Of a stretch of DNA of 61,796 nt, positions 1 through 10,230 are shown in pieces (positions within the stretch are counted from its first letter, which is position 1; every line of letters starts with the position of its first letter). This stretch comes from Clostridia bacterium. GTDB lineage: Bacteria > Bacillota > Clostridia > TANB77 > CAG-465. A program made the translations under genes and the position numbers. The DNA is taken from contig JAZSNU010000002.1 of assembly GCA_045536565.1 (NCBI GenBank), positions 1 to 61,796 of the forward strand, in the 5' to 3' direction. The notes below the pieces were generated by a model that saw only the letters and a list, made by a program, of their open reading frames with translations, was not told where the DNA came from and ran no database searches.

Positions 1-322
1 GTATACATTTTATGAATCTATCTATTCTTTTAGTTAGAAATAAAAAAGTGCAGTCTCATCTTTCTTTAATCATTTGCCAACATTCTTTTCTCCATTCATC
101 TGCTTCTTCTATGAGGAAGTCAGTTGAAAAGCATGTATACACTAAACCGGACTTCATTTTATAGTTTCCGTTTTTTAATTTTTCTATAGGCTTTTTAAAA
201 TCTTTTGTTTTAACAATATTGCTTGTATTAACATTTCTTTTATAATCACCTTTATGAATATAGCAATGCAAACAACCATCGCTACATTTTTTACAACCTC
301 TCCAAGGATTCCACATTGCCAT
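1..322 (-). pseudogene. DUF5131 / phage Gp37-Gp68-like radical-SAM-fold protein interrupted by in-frame TGA at 56-58; runs off window edge
   Basis: WNPWRGCKKCSDGCLHCY motif and STDF..EEADEWR. The frame continues past the TGA as DCTFLFLTKRIDRF, which contains the family's typical LTKR motif. Confidence 0.8.
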
Positions 323-341
323 ATTATCATCTCTGTAAATA

Positions 342-1085
342 TTATTTAATTAACTTTTCAAATGAATTTGCATTTAATATAGTATTAGATATAAACTCGC
401 CTTTATAAAAATTAGCCCAATTATTAAAAATACAAGGTGCATTTTTGGCTTTTTCTAATGAATCTATTTTTATAAAGTTGATTTTTATATTCTTTTCTTT
501 TGCATAATCTGATAATTCTTTTACTTCATATTCTACATAAGGACATTCATTGCTATAATAAATAGTAAAGTCTTGACTATCTATCTTCATAGTTCTTGCA
601 TTATCATTAAATTTAGGAGTTTCACTATCATCAAATTTTAATGCTAACAATTCATAATCTCCAATATTATCTATTACTTCAAAGCCATAATGTTCAAAGA
701 ATTTCTTTTCTCCTAAAAATGGTTTTTTCTTTTTAGATACAATAGTACATATACCACTTTTCCCTTTTTCTTTTGAATCATTTATTGCATATTCTAATAA
801 TTCTTTTCCTATTCCCTTACCTTTAAAACTACCTGCAACCCATAAGCAATAAATATATTCATAATTTTTACCACTAATAGGAACCCAAGCTGTTTCTATT
901 GGCTCATATTCAATAAATATTTTTCCTCTTGCATTTAATTTTCTAAAAATATGACCATCTTTTAATTTACTTTTTATCCATTCTTTTTTACTATCAACAC
1001 CCTCTTGATGTTTTGGATCTCCTATTGCACAACAGATATGTTCATCATCAATATTTTCTAATGTTAAATTTATATATTCGTTCAT
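342..1085 (-). CDS. GNAT N-acetyltransferase with C-terminal YoaP-like domain
   Basis: EHICCAI N-terminus, CLWVAGSFKGKGIG acetyl-CoA motif, C-terminal ECPY...AKNAPC thioredoxin-like part. Confidence 0.85.
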   Translation of the reverse strand: MNEYINLTLENIDDEHICCAIGDPKHQEGVDSKKEWIKSKLKDGHIFRKLNARGKIFIEYEPIETAWVPISGKNYEYIYCLWVAGSFKGKGIGKELLEYAINDSKEKGKSGICTIVSKKKKPFLGEKKFFEHYGFEVIDNIGDYELLALKFDDSETPKFNDNARTMKIDSQDFTIYYSNECPYVEYEVKELSDYAKEKNIKINFIKIDSLEKAKNAPCIFNNWANFYKGEFISNTILNANSFEKLIK

Positions 1086-1167
1086 TATTATATCTCCTCT
1101 ACAAATTACTATTTCTTGCTACATTATATCATACTTTTTCTAATAATTAACATATATACCCAATTTA

Positions 1168-1196
1168 TTGACTTTGCAAATAAATCTTTATATAAT
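1168..1196 (+). promoter_or_regulatory. sigma-A-type promoter for GNAT/DUF6076 genes
   Basis: TTGACT-17 bp-TATAAT upstream of AAGGAG SD and ATG 1245. Confidence 0.65.
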
Positions 1197-1244
1197 CACT
1201 ATACAATTATTGTGTACCTTTTAAATTGTATATAAGGAGTATTT

Positions 1245-1574
1245 ATGATAATAGAATATGAAGAAAAATATTTAGATGATGTTAGAGATTTACTTGTTGA
1301 ATTGGAAGAATATATTGTTTCAATTGATAAAGATAATTTAGATTATAAATGTCCTAGAGCCTGATACATTACAGAACTAATAGTTTCACAAACTATACGT
1401 TCTAAAGGAATTGGACAAAAATTAATAAATAAAATTGAAGAATATTTTAAAAGTATTAACTGTGAATATGTTTTAGTTGATGTGTTTGCATATAATGACA
1501 ATGCTTTTAACTTTTATTCTAAAAAAGATTATCACTCTAGAATGCATACAATGATTAAGAAAATTGAGGAGTAG
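1245..1574 (+). pseudogene. GNAT acetyltransferase pseudogene (in-frame TGA at 1362-1364, probable internal deletion)
   Basis: Not in ORF track. Translates MIIEYEEKYLDDVRDLLVELEEY...KCPRA*YITELIVSQTIRSKGIGQKLI...VFAYNDNAFNFY. Only 109 codons, short for a GNAT. Confidence 0.85.
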
Positions 1575-1577
1575 TTT

Positions 1578-2657
1578 ATGAAAGATTTAGAAATTGCTTT
1601 TGATTTAAAAGGTTTTTAAGAATATTTTATAAAATATAAAAAGAAAGAATATAAAGGCGAACTTGCTAAAGGAAAAACTAAAACATATTATATTTTTGAA
1701 AAGAAAAAGCCTAGTCCAGAAAATTTAGGTACATTTCTTTTAACTTTCTTAAATACAGATTTTAAGAAAAAGGAAAATTGCAAAGACTTTATATTTGAGT
1801 ACTTGTATGTTAATTTATTAACTTTAGCTAATAATAGAATTCATTTAGAAAGTGAAATACATGGTGATGATATATATCCTACAGATATAACTAAAGTCTC
1901 TTATGATATTATTCTATCTGAAGAAGAAATAGATTATTACTTTGATGAAATATATACAAAATATAAAGATATTTTAATATATTATCAAAAGCTATATACA
2001 GCTGTTGCTAATTTTAAATATTTTGATTTTCTTTCTAAAGAAATAACTTCTAAAAGTAAAGAAAATAAGTTAAAGAAATCAATGATAAAAGAATCTAGTA
2101 AAACAGAAACCTATCATACTTCACTTTCAAATATTGCAACAACTACTTTGTTTTTAAATATTCACTTTAATTTAAGAACATTTTTTACAGATAAAAATAG
2201 GAACTTTATTATAGAAAATATTCCATATAGCTTTTCTTCTAAATACTTTTACGATATTTTATTTATAAGTTTTAGAGAATTTGCTTATATGAAAAAAGAT
2301 ATAATTATACAACAATGTGAGAATTGTAAAAAGTACTTTATTCCTACTACTGCTCACGATACCAAATATTGTGATTCTGTTTTTAGAGGTAAAAAAACTT
2401 GTAAAGAAATTGGAGCTCAAAAAAGTTATGCAGAAAAATTAGAAAATAATAGACTTTTAAAAAAATGGAGAACCAGATATCAAACACTTGCTGGACTTGC
2501 TTCAAAAACTAAACCTGGTTCTAAATCTAAAGCTCCTGAAATGTATGAATATTACAAAACAGAAGGAGCTATAATGAAGGAAAAATATGAAAAAGGTGAA
2601 ATTACAGGAAAGAAATTTGAGGAATGGATTGATAGCACAAAAATAAGGAAAAGTTAA
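1578..2657 (+). pseudogene. DUF6076-like protein with C-terminal Cys cluster; in-frame TAA at codon 14 (1617-1619)
   Basis: GAGGAG SD + ATG 1578 is in frame with ORF 1803..2657; CENCKKYFIP...KYC...TC motif. Confidence 0.7.
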
Positions 2658-2673
2658 GACTTTTCCTTATTTT
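2640..2673. terminator. Bidirectional intrinsic terminator
   Basis: AAAATAAGGAAAAGT-taag-ACTTTTCCTTATTTT perfect inverted repeat between convergent genes. Confidence 0.85.
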
Positions 2674-2688
2674 GATTATTATATCTAC

Positions 2689-5600
2689 TTATTCAAAAGT
2701 ATTAAACTCTTTTTCAGCTTCTTTTTTTTCATTTATAATGCATATATCTATCTGTTTTAAAATCTCAGTATGTTTTCTTTTTCCTATATCTGAAATAATA
2801 GGATTACTATTTTTCTTTAATGTTAAAAATAAATTCTCTCTTTTTTTCAATACGCTAGAATATTTTTCATCCCAAGAATTAGGATAAACTTGAGAAATAA
2901 TGTTTTTCATTATAATTTCATCTTCATAATAATTATCTATAATATACTCTCCCAATTTAGACCACACATAATATCCTGCTTTATCGTCAAACACATATGG
3001 TTCAATTAAATACGATATTTCTAATACTTTTTTATTTGCTTCAACCCATTCTATTATTTTGTCATCATCTATATATTTTAAAATATTATCATTTAAATTA
3101 TATACTCTCTTAAAAAATTCTCTTTTTCCAAAATTAGGTTTTCCTATATAATCAATAAAAACATTTAAAAACTCAATTGGATATACCTTAATTAATGGCA
3201 CTACTATATCTTTATATGGATAGAAATAAATAAAATCTTTCTCAGTTAATAAATTTAATTTTTTATATATTTCCATAGCTTCTTCTATACCGTTATCTTT
3301 ATCAAAAGATACTTTTATTGATTCTGAAATAATATAATTTTCATGATGATCGTTTGAGTCTTTAATTTTATCATAATCAAGATTTACTATATTCTTTCTA
3401 ATATACTGTTTCAATAATGCATCTTCCGGTCTTTCTTTAACTAATCTATATAATGTAAAAAGATTTCTATTATTAAAATTATTATCTTTTGGTAATTTTT
3501 CTAAAAGTTTTATTATTTTTTCTGTATTCATTTCTCTTAAATACCAATCTAAATTACTTAAATTAATATATTTTACAATTCCTAAATCTATAGCTTTCTC
3601 AATTCTTATAAGGTCTTCGTCTTCTAGCGTATATGCTAATTGAAAATCAATATAATTTTTATTATATCTTTCATCACATATAAGATTATCTAATAATTCT
3701 GAGCATAATATTTTATTTTCATCATGATATATTCCTATCAAACTTGAAACAAGCTCTTTCATTATATTTTCATTTTTTTCATATATTAAATTTAATATTA
3801 TATATATCAAATTTTCTTTTTCATCATAATTTTCATATAATCCCTTTGCAAAAAATCCTATTCTATACGATGAACAACTATCATCTAGCAATAATAAATT
3901 TTCTTTAATTCTTTCTTTTTCTATAGCAATATCTTTTCCTAAGTTATATATAATATTGTTAATTTCTTTTTCATTTTCTGTTGTATCATCTATATTAATA
4001 TAAATTCTTTTTCCTTTATCTAAAAAAATCTTAACTTTATCAGAAATAGTTATTGGTTTCACTTTTTCTAATAATAAATCCATTCTTTGCATCAAATCAC
4101 AAGGCACTTTTTTTGAATCAAATCGTTTTATAGAAAGTAATGAAATCCATATTCTTGGCCAACTTCCTTTCAATATATTTTCTTCTACTAATTTTTCTAA
4201 TTGATTATAAAAGCCAATAGAAGATAAATTTTTAAAATTATTTGCAATTATTTCTTTTAACTCTTCGTAACATATTCCTTTATTTAATTGTTCTCCACAG
4301 TATTCTATTGTTCTTTCATACCATTCTCTTGGTTCCGGTTCTAATCCATAATCTCTTATTTGTGAACCACAATCAAATATAGGAACTCCAATAAAACTGC
4401 CATAATCTAGTACTTCATCTATTAGCTTTAAGCCTAGATTCATCTTTGTTTCATCATTATTAGTTAATAACTCATTAATTACTTCAAGCCTCATATCCAA
4501 AGGTGCATGAGTAAAAGATAAGTATATATGAAAAAAACTATTTAATATGTGCCTTATTGAATTATAATTTTCACCAATTTTTTCAGTTAAAGCAAATCTA
4601 ATTATTAAATTTATCGCTCTTACAAAAAATTTCTTATCAAATGCTATATAGCCTAATATTCTAACCCATTCATAAAATTTCTTATTTTGTCGTGAAAAAA
4701 ACAATTCATCTTGTATTCCTTCAATTCTTTCTAATATAATTTCTGGATTTAAAATAGTAATGCATTTTATTTTTTCTAATAAATTATCATTAGCATTTAT
4801 AAACTTTTCGTCATCTATATTCATAAGATACTTATTTACTATATTTTGAGCTTCATCTGAAGTATGTAAAAACTTTAATCTCCTAAAAAAAGAAATACAT
4901 AATCTTTCATTTCTTTCAATTACTTTTATAAGTTTATCTTCTGGATATTTTCTTAAAAATTCTATAGCCAATCTATTAGCTAGTGCATGTGGTAATACAG
5001 CTCTCATATTACCTCTACTTTGAACAATTTGTCTCTTTCTTAATTCATCTATATTCCCAAAAACTTTAAGTGGTTCTTCAGAAATTAAACTAGATATAAT
5101 ATTTAATTCATTTTTCTCATTATCACTATCGTATGTTACATCAAACGAATAAAATAAAGAACAAACTGTCCCTATTTTCAATAAATCATTATCGACTGTA
5201 TTACCTTGATAAAATAATCTTTCAAATAGTTCATTGTCTTTTAAAACACCAATATTCTTTCGTGTATTTATTGATTTAGCTAAATATATAGCAATTCTAA
5301 AATTACCATCCGAACATTTTACAATTGTATCTATATTAATATCGGAAATTTGCTCAAAATCTCTTTTTATTAATTTTTTTAACACTTCATCTGAAGTTGA
5401 AGTAAGATAATAGTTATTAGAATCAATATTATCATCCTCTTTTACTTCATATTCAATTGTCATTAAACTAATCTTACCATTTTCTCTTTGGCACAATTCT
5501 GTTAATTTGTTATGCATCTTTGCTTCACAATTATCTACTATAAGTATAATTTGCTTATTTAAATTTTCTAGTTGTTGAATAAAAGTAATAGGGTCTGGAA

Positions 5601-6429
5601 ACAAGTTATCACTTACATCACCATATATAACCATAGTTTTATTTAATGCATTTTCTCCAATTGTATTATCAAATAATGCCTGAGCTAATCTTGTTTTACC
5701 AACTCCAGACAACCCTGCTAATCTTACAGCATTTTGTGGAACTATTAAGTTTAATCTCATTTGATTAATCCCATCAATCAATTTAAGTTTATTATCTTTA
5801 TTAAAATCATTATAATAAAGAGTTGATTCTTCATTTATAATAAATTCTTGTTCTTTAGTTCTTCTATTTGACCAATTACAATATGATGTCCACCCATTTG
5901 TGTTTTTTTTGTTCTTATCATTAACCCAACATACTAATGATGGATACTTTCTAGTCCAAATTGCTATTCTATTGCTATCATAAAATTTTACTGTTATATT
6001 AGTAATTCCAGATGCATCTAAAATTTCTTTCATTGCACTAATTCTGCTATTATAAGTTACTTCTGTTAAATCATCTCCACTACTAGCAATAATATATGCT
6101 CCATTATTTTCAGATAATGTTTCAATACATTTCTTTATACTACCATCTATATTAGTCATTTCTTTCTTAATTTTAGCTGGAGTCATCATTGGTTTTTTTA
6201 CTTGAAAAATAGTATTTTTTTTAGGTATAAAACCGCAAATTTCACTTTCTTTTACTATATTAACTTTAACATCTATACCATCATCTTTTTCATCTTGATT
6301 GCCACCATAACTTACCCCATATGTATCTTTAATGTTTGCATACAACTCTGCTTCACATAGCATTCCAATCAATTCTCTTAAATCGCTATCATTTAAACTC
6401 TTTATATCTTCCTTACTTATGTTCAACAT
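2689..6429 (-). CDS. 1246-aa protein: N-terminal restriction-endonuclease-like domain, STAND-like P-loop NTPase, long helical C-terminus (candidate antiphage defence protein)
   Basis: DDGIDV...FQVKK (D..D..QxK) motif, Walker A GLSGVGKT, Walker B ILIVDNCE, GGAGGG SD and TGnTATAAT promoter upstream. Confidence 0.7.
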   Translation of the reverse strand: MLNISKEDIKSLNDSDLRELIGMLCEAELYANIKDTYGVSYGGNQDEKDDGIDVKVNIVKESEICGFIPKKNTIFQVKKPMMTPAKIKKEMTNIDGSIKKCIETLSENNGAYIIASSGDDLTEVTYNSRISAMKEILDASGITNITVKFYDSNRIAIWTRKYPSLVCWVNDKNKKNTNGWTSYCNWSNRRTKEQEFIINEESTLYYNDFNKDNKLKLIDGINQMRLNLIVPQNAVRLAGLSGVGKTRLAQALFDNTIGENALNKTMVIYGDVSDNLFPDPITFIQQLENLNKQIILIVDNCEAKMHNKLTELCQRENGKISLMTIEYEVKEDDNIDSNNYYLTSTSDEVLKKLIKRDFEQISDINIDTIVKCSDGNFRIAIYLAKSINTRKNIGVLKDNELFERLFYQGNTVDNDLLKIGTVCSLFYSFDVTYDSDNEKNELNIISSLISEEPLKVFGNIDELRKRQIVQSRGNMRAVLPHALANRLAIEFLRKYPEDKLIKVIERNERLCISFFRRLKFLHTSDEAQNIVNKYLMNIDDEKFINANDNLLEKIKCITILNPEIILERIEGIQDELFFSRQNKKFYEWVRILGYIAFDKKFFVRAINLIIRFALTEKIGENYNSIRHILNSFFHIYLSFTHAPLDMRLEVINELLTNNDETKMNLGLKLIDEVLDYGSFIGVPIFDCGSQIRDYGLEPEPREWYERTIEYCGEQLNKGICYEELKEIIANNFKNLSSIGFYNQLEKLVEENILKGSWPRIWISLLSIKRFDSKKVPCDLMQRMDLLLEKVKPITISDKVKIFLDKGKRIYINIDDTTENEKEINNIIYNLGKDIAIEKERIKENLLLLDDSCSSYRIGFFAKGLYENYDEKENLIYIILNLIYEKNENIMKELVSSLIGIYHDENKILCSELLDNLICDERYNKNYIDFQLAYTLEDEDLIRIEKAIDLGIVKYINLSNLDWYLREMNTEKIIKLLEKLPKDNNFNNRNLFTLYRLVKERPEDALLKQYIRKNIVNLDYDKIKDSNDHHENYIISESIKVSFDKDNGIEEAMEIYKKLNLLTEKDFIYFYPYKDIVVPLIKVYPIEFLNVFIDYIGKPNFGKREFFKRVYNLNDNILKYIDDDKIIEWVEANKKVLEISYLIEPYVFDDKAGYYVWSKLGEYIIDNYYEDEIIMKNIISQVYPNSWDEKYSSVLKKRENLFLTLKKNSNPIISDIGKRKHTEILKQIDICIINEKKEAEKEFNTFE

Positions 6430-6705
6430 AAAAATCCCTCCTAGCTTCGTGTCACATTATATCATTTTTTGTCTTATAAATCTACTAATTCCAGTATCTC
6501 TAGCAATTTTAATTTTCTACTTTTTTCGACAATATTTTCCATTTACATTCCAAACAATACCATACACTTTAATATTATTCTTTCAAAAAATTAATTGTTG
6601 GTTAGACTTTTGTTTTTTAACTTTGTATAATTAATATATACAATCTTTATATTTCAATCTAATTGTAGATTGATGTACTCTCTCCCACACGGAAAGGAGG
6701 ATTTT

Positions 6706-7899
6706 ATGGCAGGGAGTATAGAAAAAAGAGGTAAAGACACATATAGGTTAGTTTACTTTTGTGGTAAAAACCTAGATGGTAGTCCTGCAAGACATACAAA
6801 AACTGTTCATTGTACAAAAAAAGAAGCCAAGCTTGAACTAGCAAAATTTGTTGCAGATATTGAGAAAGGAAATGTTGCCCAAGGTAACTCTATTACATTT
6901 GAGGAATTTGTGGAAATTTGAAAAAAAGATTATGGTTCTAAAGAACTAGCACCTACAACCTATTCTAGATATGTTGCAATATTAAATACTAGAATTCTAC
7001 CATACTTTGGCAAGTTCAAACTAGATAAGATTAAGCCAACAGACATTATGAAATTTTACGATATGCTTGAAAGTGATACACAAATTAAAAGATTAAAAAA
7101 TAATAAAGGTGAAAGACTTAAAAAGCCCTTATCTAGAAAAACTATTTTAGAACATCACAGATTAATTCGTGCAATGTTACACAAAGCTGTATACTGGCAA
7201 CTGCTTGTAAATAATCCAGCTGAAAGAGTTCAACCACCACGAGTTCATAAACCTAAAAGAAGATATTATGATGATGAGCAATGTAAATTCTTATTAGAAA
7301 ATTTAGAGAGGCTAAATGCAGATAATATCAAATACAAAGTAGCTATTATAATAACAATATTTACTGGAGTAAGACTTGGAGAACTTATGGGATTAGAATG
7401 GGATGATATTGATTTTAGAAATGGAATTATTAGTATTAACAAAGCAAGTCAATATTTATCTGATAAAGGAGTATTTACTAAAGACCCTAAAACAGAAAGC
7501 TCTGTTAGAGAGGTTGCAATACCCACATTTGTGATTTCATTGCTTGAAGAATATAAGTTGTGGTATGAAGAACAAAAATCGTTATACGGCGAATTATGGA
7601 CGAATTCAAACAGGTTATTTGTACAAGCTGATGGCAAACCTATGCATCCAGATACAATTAGTAAATGGTTTGTAAAATTTGTAGGAAATATTGGTCTTCC
7701 CGTAATCAACTTTCACGGGTTAAGACACACAAATGCTACACTTTTAATATCTTAAAACATAGATATTGCAGTTGTAGCAGCAAGACTAGGACATTCACAG
7801 ATTACAACAACATTAAACTTTTATGTGCATCCTGTAATATCGCACAATAAAGTTGCAGGAAATGTGTTACAAAATTTATTGTTAACACCAAAAGAATAA
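6706..7899 (+). pseudogene. Tyrosine recombinase/integrase pseudogene (TGA at 6919-6921, TAA at 7753-7755)
   Basis: Single frame MAGSIEKRG...GVRLGEL...FHGLRHT...RLGHS...NFYVH with R/HxxR/H/Y catalytic residues. The stops sit at probable Trp (TGG) and Gln (CAA) positions. Confidence 0.92.
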
Positions 7900-7971
7900 A
7901 AAAATGATAAAAAGTAAAATTAAGAATTTTATTGAAATATATAGTATTTGAAGGTTATAAAAAGTTCGATT

Positions 7972-7990
7972 TCTCCCCAAAATCTCCCCA
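7972..7990 (+). repeat. Direct repeat TCTCCCCA x2, putative integrase arm-type binding sites
   Basis: TCTCCCCA at 7972 and 7983 (11-bp period) between integrase stop and tRNA 3' end. Confidence 0.5.
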
Positions 7991-8073
7991 TTTGGTTAAA
8001 AATAGCTAAAATTTAGAGATTTTTGCAAAAAATAAAAATCGCTAAAACCTTTAAGGCTCTAGCGACTTAACAT

Positions 8074-8149
<76 letters not shown>

Positions 8150-8166
8150 ATTCATTTTACTTGTTT

Positions 8167-8196
8167 AGTATAATATATTTATATGTGCTTTGTCAA
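8167..8196 (-). promoter_or_regulatory. sigma-A promoter of tRNA-fMet
   Basis: TTGACA-18 bp-TATACT on minus strand. Confidence 0.7.
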
Positions 8197-8244
8197 TACT
8201 TTATTGCAAATTTATAATTTTTGTGGCTAAATTTTATTAAAAAC

Positions 8245-9066
8245 TTAGCTTTTGTTATTTAATATATTCCAATACTTCATATATGTATAAATATCTTTTG
8301 GATGATATTTTAAGCATCTAGATATACGGCTGTATAAAACAATTTTAAACATAGCTTTAACTTTTTCTCTTGGCTCATTTGTTAGGGTATATACCTCCTC
8401 TATTTGCATACTTGTTAATAAATCAGTATTACTAACTATTGCAAATAGTAAATCATACAATGGATCCCCTATAACTGGCATAGGATCAATTATTCCTATT
8501 AATTTACCATCTACTTTAACAAAATTATGAGTCCCAAAATCACCATGTATTAGTTTCTTTTCAAATGGATATTTTTGTAATATTTCTGCTGCTTCATATA
8601 CTTCATCTTTACTTTGTATATATTCAGATATGTTTTTACTGCTATACTCTATCTCACTTATCAAGAAATCTTTCCATGTATCTAGTTCTTCGTTAAGATA
8701 TCCATATCCCTCTTTACCATACACTTTATACTTACCACATACCTCTGCTAGTTTTTGTATTGTGTCCTTTGGATCATCTACCACTTTCATGATATCACCA
8801 TGTATAAAGGTATATACTACATACTCGTATTCTGGATCAACATATACTATATCTTGAAATATGTCTAAGTTATTTAATTTCAAAAACTCAACTTCTGCTT
8901 TTAGTACTAATTTATCATTTTGCTTTATTAAATATTTATCGTTAAGCAAAACAACTCTACTAGATGCTCCATCGTTATAGTATTTATGAGATTCATATTG
9001 TAAATCTAATATATCAAGCACACTTTCAATTATTTCCTTATCCTTAATATTTTCAAAATCCAACAT
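8245..9066 (-). CDS. Aminoglycoside phosphotransferase/choline kinase-like family protein
   Basis: LIHGDFGTHN Brenner motif, GIIDP...GDPLYDL. Confidence 0.85.
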   Translation of the reverse strand: MLDFENIKDKEIIESVLDILDLQYESHKYYNDGASSRVVLLNDKYLIKQNDKLVLKAEVEFLKLNNLDIFQDIVYVDPEYEYVVYTFIHGDIMKVVDDPKDTIQKLAEVCGKYKVYGKEGYGYLNEELDTWKDFLISEIEYSSKNISEYIQSKDEVYEAAEILQKYPFEKKLIHGDFGTHNFVKVDGKLIGIIDPMPVIGDPLYDLLFAIVSNTDLLTSMQIEEVYTLTNEPREKVKAMFKIVLYSRISRCLKYHPKDIYTYMKYWNILNNKS

Positions 9067-9092
9067 TTCTCTTCCTCCATAAGTTATATATT

Positions 9093-9428
9093 TTATCTTA
9101 AAATAACATGCTCAAAAAATCTTTCTTGAAACTCAACTAATGCATTAATTTGTTCATCGGTATACTCCTTATCTTCTGGAACAATTACCAATTTATCATC
9201 GTCATCATTTGTTCTATGAACAATAGCTATACATTTACCTGTATACTCCTCTACCGGTTCAAATACACCGAGAACATAGCAATCTAATTCTTCACCATCT
9301 GCACTAATTGTACCAGGTACATAACCGTAATTAACTGGATAAATAAATCCATGTTTTGGATGCTTACTTCCCATTTTTCTATCAATTCTTACATTAATAA
9401 TTTTACCAATATATTCCTTGTTTTGCAT
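9093..9428 (-). CDS. Small family I inorganic diphosphatase
   Basis: YPVNYGYVPGTISADGEELDCYV...DDDDKLV. Confidence 0.88.
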   Translation of the reverse strand: MQNKEYIGKIINVRIDRKMGSKHPKHGFIYPVNYGYVPGTISADGEELDCYVLGVFEPVEEYTGKCIAIVHRTNDDDDKLVIVPEDKEYTDEQINALVEFQERFFEHVILR

Positions 9429-9605
9429 ATTAATTCTCCTCCTTAAATTATTTTTATATATGATACCACAGTTTTAACATTTTGTCACTCTATAATATAT
9501 TCATATATTTAATATTGTACACTAGAAAATACTACAAATCTATGGTACAATACCAACATATTAAAATTATTTAATCCATTAATTAATATTGAAAGGAGAA
9601 ACAAT

Positions 9606-10178
9606 ATGAAAGAAATTGTATTTGTAACCCATAACAAAGGGAAAATAGCTTCTGCTAAAAATGCCTTAAAAGATGTAAACTTCAAAGTATTTGAATATGA
9701 CTTAGATGAACCCAGAAGTGATGATATAGCATACATATCCAAATACAAAGTACTTGAAGCATACAAATTAGTTAAATGCCCCTGTATATCACAAGACTCT
9801 GGCTTTTTTATAGATGCCCTAAATGGTTTTCCAAAAGCATTTGTAAACTTTTCATTAGATACAATTGGTATAGAAGGAATATTAAAGCTAATGGAAGGAA
9901 AAGAAAACAGAAGTTGTAGATTTACAGAATGTTTATCATATTATGATGGTAAGAATCTACATCAGTTTATGGGATACCATGAAGGCAGTTTAGCTACTGA
10001 AATCTTAGGCAAAGATAGTGATAAAAAATGGTCTGATTTATGGTATATATACAAACCCTATGGATATAATAAAACCCTATCTCAAATGACAGATGAAGAA
10101 AGAAATAGCAGAAAAAGAATTAAATCTGTTAGTTCAATGGAAGTATTTGCTAAATGGTATCAAGAAAACATAATATAA
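9606..10178 (+). CDS. Non-canonical purine NTP pyrophosphatase (Ham1/RdgB family)
   Basis: FVTHNKGK, QDSGFFIDALNGFP motifs. Confidence 0.88.
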   Translation: MKEIVFVTHNKGKIASAKNALKDVNFKVFEYDLDEPRSDDIAYISKYKVLEAYKLVKCPCISQDSGFFIDALNGFPKAFVNFSLDTIGIEGILKLMEGKENRSCRFTECLSYYDGKNLHQFMGYHEGSLATEILGKDSDKKWSDLWYIYKPYGYNKTLSQMTDEERNSRKRIKSVSSMEVFAKWYQENII

Positions 10179-10185
10179 GGCGCAC

Positions 10186-10213
10186 AAAGTCCTGCTTAAC
10201 TTAGCAGGACTTT
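10186..10213. terminator. Bidirectional intrinsic terminator
   Basis: AAAGTCCTGCT...AGCAGGACTTT between convergent genes. Confidence 0.8.
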
Positions 10214-10230
10214 ATATATTTTTTCTCTAT

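Larger units (their letters stand above)
1..8073. mobile_element. Right end of a degenerate integrative element/genomic island inserted at the 3' end of tRNA-fMet (left boundary outside window)
   Basis: Tyrosine integrase pseudogene ends ~175 bp from the tRNA 3' end. Cargo is accessory genes (GNATs, DUF5131-like, DUF6076-like, large NTPase) with several nonsense mutations. Confidence 0.75.

Noticed and set aside
1200-1232. TATACAATT/AATTGTATA inverted repeat, and TTGTATA/TATACAA near 6624-6644, as a shared island operator
   Set aside because: Very AT-rich, with opposite half-site orientation and different spacing; compatible with chance
6670-7850. Separate genes 6670..6921, 7048..7755 and 7665..7850
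   Set aside because: The first two are fragments of one integrase frame; the third is an off-frame overlap
1-7899. Alternative genetic code (TGA=Trp or Gly) or programmed readthrough in the island
   Set aside because: Stops are a mix of TGA and TAA, and the TGA sites appear to replace different residues (Trp in the integrase, probably Gly in the GNAT). Trp is otherwise TGG in these genes, so ordinary nonsense mutation fits better.
8245-9066. Antibiotic resistance call for the APH-like kinases (also 59827..60843) and GNATs
   Set aside because: Only superfamily motifs are visible; substrate cannot be inferred from sequence by eye
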